From: Thermomicrobia bacterium
GTDB taxonomy: Bacteria; Chloroflexota; Chloroflexia; Thermomicrobiales; UBA6265
NCBI GenBank assembly: GCA_044464585.1
Contig: JBIQLF010000006.1
Location: forward strand, 2,397 to 66,396
Length of the DNA stretch: 64,000 bases
Direction: 5' to 3'
A program made the translations under genes and the position numbers. Shown one piece after another: positions 31,169-38,887 of the stretch; the first letter of the stretch is position 1; every line of letters begins with the position of its first letter. The notes under the pieces are model-generated. The model saw only the letters and a program-made list of their open reading frames with translations, had not been told where the DNA came from and ran no database searches.

Positions 31169-31789
31169 ATGTCCGTTCTTTCAGAGATCGCCGCGGAAGT
31201 CCGGGTTTGTACCCTCTGTGAGCTTTCGCAAAGTCGCACCAACGCCGTCCCCGGAACCGGCCCGGAAGATGCCGAAGTCTTTTTCATCGGCGAGGGACCC
31301 GGCTGGCACGAGGATCAGCAAGGACTTCCGTTCGTCGGTGCGTCGGGTCGCTTCCTGACCGAGCTCATCCAGCGGGCCGGGTTCGATCGCAAGGACGTAT
31401 TCATCACCAATGTCGTGAAATGCCGGCCACCGGGAAATCGCGATCCGCTGCCGGATGAGATCGCTGCCTGCTCGGGCTATCTCGATCGTCAGATCGAGGC
31501 GATCGACCCGCTGGTCATCGTGACGCTCGGTCGATTCTCGATGGCGCGTTATTTCCCGAACGAGCGCATTTCCCGCATTCATGGGCAACCGAAGAAATTC
31601 GGACGGCGCACGGTCATTCCCATGTACCATCCCGCGGCGGCATTGCATCAGGGCGCGCTGCGCGGTGCGATCGAGGAGGACTTCGATCGACTCGCCAAGA
31701 TCATCGCCAAAGCTCGCGCGGAACGCGATAAGGACGAGACGCCTGGTCCGGCCGCCGATCCCTCGCACGAGCAGATGAAGCTCTTTTGA
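31169..31789 (+). CDS. Uracil-DNA glycosylase, family 4
   Basis: CTLC..., FIGEGPGWHEDQQGLPFVG, NVVKCRPP, HPAAAL. Confidence 0.9.
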   Translation: MSVLSEIAAEVRVCTLCELSQSRTNAVPGTGPEDAEVFFIGEGPGWHEDQQGLPFVGASGRFLTELIQRAGFDRKDVFITNVVKCRPPGNRDPLPDEIAACSGYLDRQIEAIDPLVIVTLGRFSMARYFPNERISRIHGQPKKFGRRTVIPMYHPAAALHQGALRGAIEEDFDRLAKIIAKARAERDKDETPGPAADPSHEQMKLF

Positions 31790-31811
31790 CGTCTGCAGTT
31801 CTGATCTGCTG

Positions 31812-31833
31812 GCCCGCGTCGCTGGACGCGGGC
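31812..31833 (+). terminator. Hairpin after the UDG gene (9-bp stem)
   Basis: GCCCGCGTC-gctg-GACGCGGGC then aatttc. Confidence 0.4.
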
Positions 31834-31862
31834 AATTTCATGTCTCGAAGGGAATTCCATTC

Positions 31863-33563
31863 GTGAACGATGCCGTCAGATTGATCTTTCTCGGTGGCGA
31901 AGCCGAGATCGGCCGGAATATGTTCGTGCTCGAATACCGGGACGATCTGATCGTGGTCGATTGCGGGGTCGGATTTCCGTCCATCGAACACTACGGCATC
32001 GATTTGGTGCTTCCCAATTTCGACTATGTGAAAGAGCGCGTGGCGAAGGTGCGCGGTATTTTCATTACCCACGGCCACGAGGATCATATCGGCGCGCTCA
32101 CCTATCTCTTGCGCGATGTGAAGGCTCCAATCTATGCCAGCCGTTTCACCTGTGGGCTCATCGCGGAGAAACTCAAAGAAGCGGGTATCCAGAAAGAGGT
32201 CGAGCTCATCGAATTCGATGCCGATGGCAACGAAGTGCTGCGGGCTGGCATCTTCGCATTGGAGCCATTCCGGGTGACCCACAGCATTCCCGATTGTGTC
32301 GGGTTCGGCATCTCGACTCCCGCTGGTCTGATCGTGCATACCGGTGATTTCAAGCTGGATCCCACGCCGCCCGATGGCAAGCTCACCGATATGGAAAAAG
32401 TTCGATCCTTTGCCGAGCGCGGGGTGCAGCTTTTCATTTCCGATACGACCCATATCGAATTCGAACCGTGGGTTCCCTCGGAGCGAACGGTCGGAGACGC
32501 ATTCCAGCGTATTTTCGATGGCGCTAATGGCCGCGTCTTCGTTGCGACCTTTTCGTCTCATGTCGCCCGCATGCAGGAAACGATCGATGCGGCCGTCCAG
32601 CGTGATCGCAAGGTTGCGTTCGTCGGCCGGGGGATGCAGACCGTTTCCCGGGTCGCGCGCGAGCTGGAGTTGCTGTCGATCGACGACGAGCAGATGTTCG
32701 ATGTGCGCGATGCCATGCATTACCAGGACGAGAAGCTCTGTTTTCTCGTGACCGGCAGCCAGGGCGAAATCGGTTCGGCGCTCAGCCGTATGGCGCTTGG
32801 GGAACATCGGGATGTGCAGATCGAACCGGGCGATACCGTGGTCGTTTCGGCGCATCCGATTCCGGGGAACGAAGTCGCGGTCTATCGCATGATCGATGAG
32901 CTCTTCCGGCGCGGAGCCGAGGTGATCTACAACGCTCGCGAGACCGTGCATGTTTCCGGGCATGGTAGCTGGTCCGAAATTCGTGAGATGCTCCGGTCGG
33001 TTCGAGCCAGCCATCTGTTGCCGTTCCACGGGGAAGAACGGATGCTGGCGCTCTTCGAGGATCTGGCCATCTCCGAGGGCTATGCCCCGGATGCGGTGAC
33101 GATTGCGAATGTCGGTGATGTGATCGAGATCACCCCTGATGGCGTCCGGATCGTCGATTCGATCCCCTGCGAGCCGGTCTTCGTGGATGGTTCGATGATC
33201 GGATCGATCGACGAGGTGGTGCTGCGTGACCGCCAGACGCTTTCTGGCGACGGGGTCGTGACCGTCGCCGCGACGATCGATGGCGATTCCGGCGAGCTCC
33301 TCGCCGGTCCCGAGATCATCAGCCGTGGGTTCGTCTACGCGCAAAATTCTCCCGAGCTCATCGAACAGATTCGTGAGCGGGCCGAAGGCATCCTCCGCAA
33401 CTATGCTGGCAACAGCGCGCTCGACCGCCCCGGTCTCGAGCGCCAGCTCCGCAACAACCTCTCCGCCTACCTCCAGAAGCAAACCGGCCTGCGGCCGATG
33501 GTATTGTCGGTCGTATTGGAGCCGGAAATAGGACGGAGGAAAGACGGAGGAAATAGGAGATAG
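31863..33563 (+). CDS. rnj: Ribonuclease J
   Basis: ...LIFLGGEAEIGRNMFVLEY...ITHGHEDHIGAL...; beta-CASP region; the last ~12 codons (EIGRRKDGGNRR) lie inside the GGA-repeat element. Confidence 0.94.
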   Translation: MNDAVRLIFLGGEAEIGRNMFVLEYRDDLIVVDCGVGFPSIEHYGIDLVLPNFDYVKERVAKVRGIFITHGHEDHIGALTYLLRDVKAPIYASRFTCGLIAEKLKEAGIQKEVELIEFDADGNEVLRAGIFALEPFRVTHSIPDCVGFGISTPAGLIVHTGDFKLDPTPPDGKLTDMEKVRSFAERGVQLFISDTTHIEFEPWVPSERTVGDAFQRIFDGANGRVFVATFSSHVARMQETIDAAVQRDRKVAFVGRGMQTVSRVARELELLSIDDEQMFDVRDAMHYQDEKLCFLVTGSQGEIGSALSRMALGEHRDVQIEPGDTVVVSAHPIPGNEVAVYRMIDELFRRGAEVIYNARETVHVSGHGSWSEIREMLRSVRASHLLPFHGEERMLALFEDLAISEGYAPDAVTIANVGDVIEITPDGVRIVDSIPCEPVFVDGSMIGSIDEVVLRDRQTLSGDGVVTVAATIDGDSGELLAGPEIISRGFVYAQNSPELIEQIRERAEGILRNYAGNSALDRPGLERQLRNNLSAYLQKQTGLRPMVLSVVLEPEIGRRKDGGNRR

Positions 33564-33702
33564 GAAATGGGAAAGAGGAATTGGGAAAGAGGACGAAGGA
33601 GCGGGGAACAGATCAGGGGCGGAATTCGACCCCGTGCATAGCAACCGACTTCCCATTTCCTATTTCCTATCTCCTATTTCCTATCTCCTTCGTCCTATTT
33701 CC
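33524..33702. repeat. Imperfect long inverted repeat: GGA-rich homopurine tract paired with a complementary pyrimidine tract, between convergent rnj and dnaE2
   Basis: Outer helix 33524-33540/33686-33702 (17 bp, one G.U); inner helix 33549-33568/33662-33681 (20 bp, perfect); 14 GGA triplets in 33524-33607; internal tandem duplications (GACGGAGGAAA x2, TGGGAAAGAGGA x2). Confidence 0.8.
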
Positions 33703-33708
33703 TCTCCA

Positions 33709-36700
33709 TCATCGATAACTATGCGACGCTGGCTCCACGCTTCTCGGTGGCGTGGACGGTGTATCGAAGGGATCTTCCAGCGAGTCCGGCGCTGGGGCGT
33801 GGAAGCTGGTGCGGGCGCCTTCCAGCGCCGCGATCTTTTCGGCGAGGATGTTGATCGTCCCCTGGCGTTTTTGCAGTGTGCCCGTGATGACGAGAAACGG
33901 CTCGCTCCGCACGAGCGTTCGTTCCTGCAGATAGAGATCGGGACGGACGATTGCATTGGTCAAGCCCAGCTCGTCTTCCAAGAGCAGGAAGGTGATGCCC
34001 TTGGCGGTTCCGGGCCGCTGCCGGCAGACCACCAGCCCCGCCAGTTCGACCGTGCTCCCATGGGGCAGCGATTCGAGCTGCGCCGAGGTCACCAGATGCC
34101 CCGGCAACCGCGCCCGCAGGAGCCCCAGCGGGTGATAACGGGGCGACATGCCGATGATGGCGTAATCGGCGGCCATTTGCTCCCAGGGACCCATCGGGTG
34201 CAATTCCACCCGGTCGTGATCGACCGGCAACGGCAGCGCCAGTTGTCGTCCCGGATCGGCATGCTTCGCCATGCCGACCTTGCGCGACGGAATGAAGAGC
34301 CCGGCCATCCAAAGCGCCTCCCGCCGCCCGATCCCGAAACGATCGAACGCGCCGACCATGATCAAATGCTCGATGAGCTCGATAGGGAGGGGCGTCCGGC
34401 GCACGAAATCGGCCAGCGAGCGATATGGTCCGTGGGCGATGCGCTCCAGCACGATCGTCCGGGCCGTCTCCTCGCTCATTCCCTTCACATACCCGATCCC
34501 GACGCGAATCGCCTCGCGCGATCCAATGCGTTCCACCGTGCAACGCAATGAGCTCAGCTCGATATCGGGTTCGAGCACCGGCAATCCATGTCGTTTGGCA
34601 TCGTTGACCAGCACATGATTGGGATAGAACCCCATCGGCTGGTTGTTGAGCAGCGCGCAGAGGAACTCGGCCGGATAGTAGTGCTTCAGCCAGCAGGACT
34701 GATACGCCAATAGGGCAAAGGCCACCGCATGCGCCTTGGGAAATCCGTAGCTGGCGAACCCTTGCAGCTTTCGGAAGACCGTTCGCGCCACTTCGATCGA
34801 CACACCCCGCGCTTTTGCGCCGTCCCGGAAGTCATCCCAGAGTCTCAGCATCGCTTCGGCGGAACGTTTGCGCGTCATCGCGCGCCGCAGCGAATCCGCC
34901 TGTCCGGCCGAAAATCCGGAAAGCGCCATCGCGGTCTGCACGACCTGTTCCTGGTAGAGAATGACCCCGTGCGTTTCGGCCAGCACCGGGATCAGCGACC
35001 GATGGTCATATTGTGGTTCGACCGGCAGGAAGCTGGTACGTTCACGCTGCCGGTGCTCGACATACGGTTTGACCGCACCGCCGATGATCGGTCCCGGTCG
35101 CACGATCGCCACTTGCACGACCAGATCCTCCAGCTTTCGCGGTTTCGTGCGCGGCAGCATCTGGATTTGGGCGCGGCTCTCGATCTGGAAAACCCCGATC
35201 GTATCGCCCTCCTCGATCATGCGATAGATCGACGGATCCTCCAGATCGATCCGGCTCAGATCGACCGGCGGCTTCCCGGCCTTGGCGATCAGCTCCAGGC
35301 ATTCCTCCACGAGCGACAGCATGCCCAGCGCCAGAAAGTCGATCTTGACCGCTCGCACATCCTCACAGGAATCCTTGTCCCACTGGCAGAGCACCCGCCC
35401 CTGCATGGCAGCGGGCTGAAGCGGCACCAACTCGGTCAGCGGCGCCGACGAGATGATCATGCCGCCAACATGCTGGGTGACATGCCGGGGAAAATGGCTC
35501 AACTGTTCGGCCAGCTCGATCAGATAGCACCAGGGAGGCGCATCCTTGCGGTTGGCATACCCGGGAATCTGGTCGAGCTCGCGGGAAAGCTCGTTGGCCG
35601 AACGCGGTTCGCTCAATTTGGCGATCTTGTCCAGCTCGGGTAACGGCAGCCCAAGCGCCTTGCCGACATCGCGCACCGCGCTGCGCAACCGGTAGGTGGC
35701 AAACGCGCAGACCAACCCGACATGGTCGTGTCCATACCGCTCGTACACTCGTTCGATCAGTCGTTCCCGAATCTCCCGGGGAAAATCGAGATCGATATCG
35801 GGAATCGCGTTGAGCTCTTCGTTCAGGAACCGTCCGAAAAACAGCTTGTGCATGACCGGATCGACATGCGACAACCCGATCAGATAACAGACGATCGAAC
35901 TGACCGATGATCCTCGCCCCCGGCCCGGTGGCAGATTGGCGATCGTGCGCGGACTCTTCCGGCCTCGCACCTCCAGCGCGATCTCCGCTGCCAGCAAAAG
36001 CAGATCGCGATAGAGCAGAAAGAACCCGGCCAGATTGTGTTTGGCGATGATGGCGAGTTCTTCATCGAGTCGTTCTTTGGCTTTCGATTCGAGTTGCCGG
36101 ATCGCTTCGTTTTCACTGTCCGTATATCGTACGGACAGTGCGTCGTAACAGATTCGGCGGAGATAGCTATCCGGCTCCGAACCGTCTGGAGTTCGAAAAT
36201 CGGGAAATACATAGGCAAGATCGTGCGCCAGATCGAATGTCCGGCAACGCTCGGCGATCTCCAATGTTGTCGTCAACGACGACGGCCATTCCGAGAAGAG
36301 CGCGGACATCTCCTCCGCCGGACGGAGGGAGAACTCGCCGTTCGGGCGGCGCAGTTGATGAGAATTGTCGAGCGTGGTGCGATGATGGATCGCCACCAGC
36401 ACATCCTGCAGCCGGTGCCGGTCGGGATGGTGATAATGCACATTCCCGGTTGCCACGAAACGTACGCCCATCTCGTTCGCCAATCGCACCAGCGCCCGGA
36501 TTCGCCGCGTATCGCCATAGACCTTGTTGTGCTGAAGTTCGACGAAAACCGAATCGCGCCCCATCCAGCCGATGTACTGTTCCAGCAAAACCCGGGCAGC
36601 CGCGAACTCCCCGCTATCGATGAGCCGGGAAAGACATCCCTTCCGGCATCCGGTCAGTAGAATGATTCCCTCGCCGTAAAGAGCCAGCAACTCCGGATCG

Positions 36701-37125
36701 AGACGCGGCAACCGATCCTCGTCCCGATAATGTGGATGCGGTTTGCCGATTCCGCGCAATGAAAGATCGAGTCCGCCCTCCTCGTCTCCGGAGAAATTCA
36801 GCCGCTGGATAGGAGCGCCGGTTGGAAGCCGGTGCGCTTCGGTGATGAGCTTGCAGAGATTGGCGTATCCGGTGCGATTCTCGGCCAGCAGGGTGAGATG
36901 CGACTCATCGGTCAGGGTCAGCTCGACCCCGGTAATCGGCGCGATCCCGGCCGCATCCGCCGCCTTGGCGAACTCCATCGCTCCATAGAGCCCATCGTGA
37001 TCGGTGATTGCCAGCGCCCGATATCCCAGTTCCCTGGCGCGTCCGATCATCTCCTCTGGCAGCGACGCGCCATCGAGAAAGGAAAATGCCGTATGCAAAT
37101 GGAGCTCGACATATTCGCTCGGCAT
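33709..37125 (-). CDS. dnaE2: Error-prone DNA polymerase III alpha-type subunit (DnaE2/ImuC-like)
   Basis: 1138 aa; PHP N-terminus YVELHLHTAFSFLDGASLPEEMIGRARELGYRALAITDHDGLYGAMEF; downstream of imuB behind a LexA-box promoter. Confidence 0.85.
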   Translation of the reverse strand: MPSEYVELHLHTAFSFLDGASLPEEMIGRARELGYRALAITDHDGLYGAMEFAKAADAAGIAPITGVELTLTDESHLTLLAENRTGYANLCKLITEAHRLPTGAPIQRLNFSGDEEGGLDLSLRGIGKPHPHYRDEDRLPRLDPELLALYGEGIILLTGCRKGCLSRLIDSGEFAAARVLLEQYIGWMGRDSVFVELQHNKVYGDTRRIRALVRLANEMGVRFVATGNVHYHHPDRHRLQDVLVAIHHRTTLDNSHQLRRPNGEFSLRPAEEMSALFSEWPSSLTTTLEIAERCRTFDLAHDLAYVFPDFRTPDGSEPDSYLRRICYDALSVRYTDSENEAIRQLESKAKERLDEELAIIAKHNLAGFFLLYRDLLLLAAEIALEVRGRKSPRTIANLPPGRGRGSSVSSIVCYLIGLSHVDPVMHKLFFGRFLNEELNAIPDIDLDFPREIRERLIERVYERYGHDHVGLVCAFATYRLRSAVRDVGKALGLPLPELDKIAKLSEPRSANELSRELDQIPGYANRKDAPPWCYLIELAEQLSHFPRHVTQHVGGMIISSAPLTELVPLQPAAMQGRVLCQWDKDSCEDVRAVKIDFLALGMLSLVEECLELIAKAGKPPVDLSRIDLEDPSIYRMIEEGDTIGVFQIESRAQIQMLPRTKPRKLEDLVVQVAIVRPGPIIGGAVKPYVEHRQRERTSFLPVEPQYDHRSLIPVLAETHGVILYQEQVVQTAMALSGFSAGQADSLRRAMTRKRSAEAMLRLWDDFRDGAKARGVSIEVARTVFRKLQGFASYGFPKAHAVAFALLAYQSCWLKHYYPAEFLCALLNNQPMGFYPNHVLVNDAKRHGLPVLEPDIELSSLRCTVERIGSREAIRVGIGYVKGMSEETARTIVLERIAHGPYRSLADFVRRTPLPIELIEHLIMVGAFDRFGIGRREALWMAGLFIPSRKVGMAKHADPGRQLALPLPVDHDRVELHPMGPWEQMAADYAIIGMSPRYHPLGLLRARLPGHLVTSAQLESLPHGSTVELAGLVVCRQRPGTAKGITFLLLEDELGLTNAIVRPDLYLQERTLVRSEPFLVITGTLQKRQGTINILAEKIAALEGARTSFHAPAPDSLEDPFDTPSTPPRSVEPASHSYR

Positions 37126-37283
37126 GACTCCAACCAGTTTCCCCAGGTCGAAACCAGGGGCTCACAAAGCCAAGCCTCTCCGAGGCTCGTTCTTTCCATG
37201 CTCCAGCGTCCTCCCCTCGCTCCAGAGGGAGAGGGGCTGGAGGGAGGCGAGCCCGCGCTCAGGCCGCTACTGGGCTCGCCCTC

Positions 37284-37568
37284 TCAATACGACTGCTCGA
37301 ACCATCTTCCCGATTCCCCGTCCAGGAACATCGTCCGTACCGGTCCGTGCGCGAACCGCACCCGGAAATAGCACCGTTGCACGCGATCGCGCCACCATTC
37401 GTCATCGATCGTCCATTCGTCCTCGATAGCCACGATGGCGATCCGTTCTCCACTTTTGGCGATCGCTGCCACCGGCAAGCCATTCACGGTTTCCACCCTG
37501 ATTGGCCGGGGGAGATTCAGGGGGCGTAATTGATCAGGGCGTACCGGCGTTCTGGAATCCTCGACCAT
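37284..37568 (-). CDS. 94-aa ORF resembling the W-rich C-terminal module of ImuB; -1 frame, overlaps the imuB 3' end by 52 nt
   Basis: ...IEDEWTIDDEWWRDRVQRCYFRVRFAHGPVRTMFLDGESGRWFEQSY; own ATG with GGAG 8 nt upstream; frame junction sits at a C5 run. Confidence 0.6.
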   Translation of the reverse strand: MVEDSRTPVRPDQLRPLNLPRPIRVETVNGLPVAAIAKSGERIAIVAIEDEWTIDDEWWRDRVQRCYFRVRFAHGPVRTMFLDGESGRWFEQSY

Positions 37569-38704
37569 GGTTCGATCTCCACGACCCGATAGAGCGGGGA
37601 CGCGCCGTAGCGTTGTTCGAGCTGGCGAATGGCCCGCCCGACTGGCGCGGTCTGTTTAGGAGCAAGCAGGGGAAGAAGATGCTGGCGGGTCGTTTCCGCA
37701 ACCAATCCGATGAGACGGAGCACGATCCGCTCTGCTGCTCCCTGGAGTTCGAGATCATGCAACCGGTGACCGATGATCTCGACGATACGATCCGCCCCCG
37801 CTGGTTCGCGAAAGGTGAGCGTCTTTTCCCACGAGCGGTTTTCTTCGAGGAGCACATGCAACTGCGCCTGGCGCACATGGCGATGCTGGAGCTCCGGCCG
37901 TCCGAAGGCGCGCCGCACCAATTGCGCGATCCCGAACAGCAGCATCTCCCGGCTGGTGGACGGCGCTGGCAAGGTAATCCCCTCGATCACGCACTCCGGT
38001 CGTTGGATTGGGGTTATCGCCAGATCGTCCTGCCCGCTGGCAAGTTCCCAGGCACGTCGGCCGTCCTTTCCAAAACGGGCGTGCATCGCCGTCACTGGCA
38101 GGACCGCCACGTCGCCCAGGGTGAGGAGTCCCAATCGCTCCATCTGCGCGATCCGTTTCGGATCCACCGGCAACCAGGACACTGGCAGATCGGCCAGAAA
38201 ATGCGTCACCGTCTCCGGGGTGATGAGGAGCGTATTGCCCGGATGCGCCTTGCGGGCCGCGCAGAGCGCGGTGAATTTTCCCGGTGCGATTCCAGCCCGC
38301 GGTCGCAATACGGGAGGAATCAGCCGGAGCAAGCGCACGGCGCCCGCTTCCGGGGAGGCATCGTGCCGTTGCAGCCCATGAAGATCGACATAAAAGCATC
38401 CTGGGGGACCGGCTTCGATCGATGGACTGAAGGTCTCCAGCGCCCGCAGCATCTCATCCAATACGGTCGCTTCCCGTACCGGATTCGGCTCGATGAATAC
38501 CGCTTCCGGACAAAGCGCGGTCACTTCCCGCAGCAGCATGCCGGAGCGTACTCCCTGGCGACTGGCTTCCGGGGTGCAATCGGCCACCACCGTGCGAGTG
38601 TTGGGCGGAGAGGTGAGGACCAGCGGCAGCCCATCGAGCTCCGGCTGATCGAGCAAGGAAATGCGCAGCGCGAAATGGGGAATGATGAGCGCGGCAACTG
38701 GCAT
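37517..38704 (-). CDS. imuB: ImuB-type Y-family polymerase-like protein (catalytically inactive type; C-terminally short)
   Basis: MPVAALIIPHFALRISLLDQPELDGLPLVL... lacks the DxD of active DinB-type N-termini; GGGAGA 7 nt before ATG 38704 (track start 38734 is the alternative); directly upstream of dnaE2. Confidence 0.8.
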   Translation of the reverse strand: MPVAALIIPHFALRISLLDQPELDGLPLVLTSPPNTRTVVADCTPEASRQGVRSGMLLREVTALCPEAVFIEPNPVREATVLDEMLRALETFSPSIEAGPPGCFYVDLHGLQRHDASPEAGAVRLLRLIPPVLRPRAGIAPGKFTALCAARKAHPGNTLLITPETVTHFLADLPVSWLPVDPKRIAQMERLGLLTLGDVAVLPVTAMHARFGKDGRRAWELASGQDDLAITPIQRPECVIEGITLPAPSTSREMLLFGIAQLVRRAFGRPELQHRHVRQAQLHVLLEENRSWEKTLTFREPAGADRIVEIIGHRLHDLELQGAAERIVLRLIGLVAETTRQHLLPLLAPKQTAPVGRAIRQLEQRYGASPLYRVVEIEPWSRIPERRYALINYAP

Positions 38705-38790
38705 CGAAATATCTCCCAGAACACGTCGAAGCACCGAACGAGAATGCGGGCTCGCCGTCGTAACGCGGGTCGAAGGAACGATTGCTCTGG

Positions 38791-38819
38791 AGTATAGAAC
38801 ATATGTTCTGTATCGGCAA
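38791..38819 (-). promoter_or_regulatory. imuB promoter: -35 TTGCCG, 17 nt, -10 TATACT (minus strand)
   Basis: Minus strand reads cTTGCCGatacagaacatatgttcTATACTcc. Confidence 0.6.
38796..38809. promoter_or_regulatory. LexA operator (Gram-positive type SOS box, GAAC-N4-GTTC)
   Basis: Perfect palindrome AGAACATATGTTCT spanning the spacer/-10 of the imuB promoter. Confidence 0.8.
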
Positions 38820-38834
38820 GATCGAGCGTCCGGT

Positions 38835-38868
38835 CATCATCTCGATTGTTCCGAGAGTAGAGATGATG
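38835..38868 (-). terminator. Hairpin downstream of the P-loop kinase gene (9-bp stem, 16-nt loop)
   Basis: CATCATCTC...GAGATGATG; no U-tract. Confidence 0.3.
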
Positions 38869-38878
38869 TGTACGTACA
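38869..38878. promoter_or_regulatory. 10-bp palindrome TGTACGTACA, copy 1
   Basis: Read directly; identical to the copy at 39597-39606; shared 11-mer GTGTACGTACA. Confidence 0.4.
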
Positions 38879-38887
38879 GCGAGTGGG

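Noticed and set aside
31701-33656. 651-aa minus-strand ORF antisense to rnj, and similar long antisense ORFs at 4579..5874, 28858..30150, 22869..23978, 20227..21414 and 43924..45423
   Set aside because: All lie opposite genes with strong family signatures and have biased, repeat-like composition. They are GC-driven lack of stop codons, not genes.
33524-33702. GGA-repeat region as a CRISPR array or a transposon end
   Set aside because: There are no regularly spaced direct repeats with unique spacers, no cas genes, no transposase and no target-site duplication at the flanks (gagcc versus tctcc). It is reported instead as an inverted-repeat element of unknown function.
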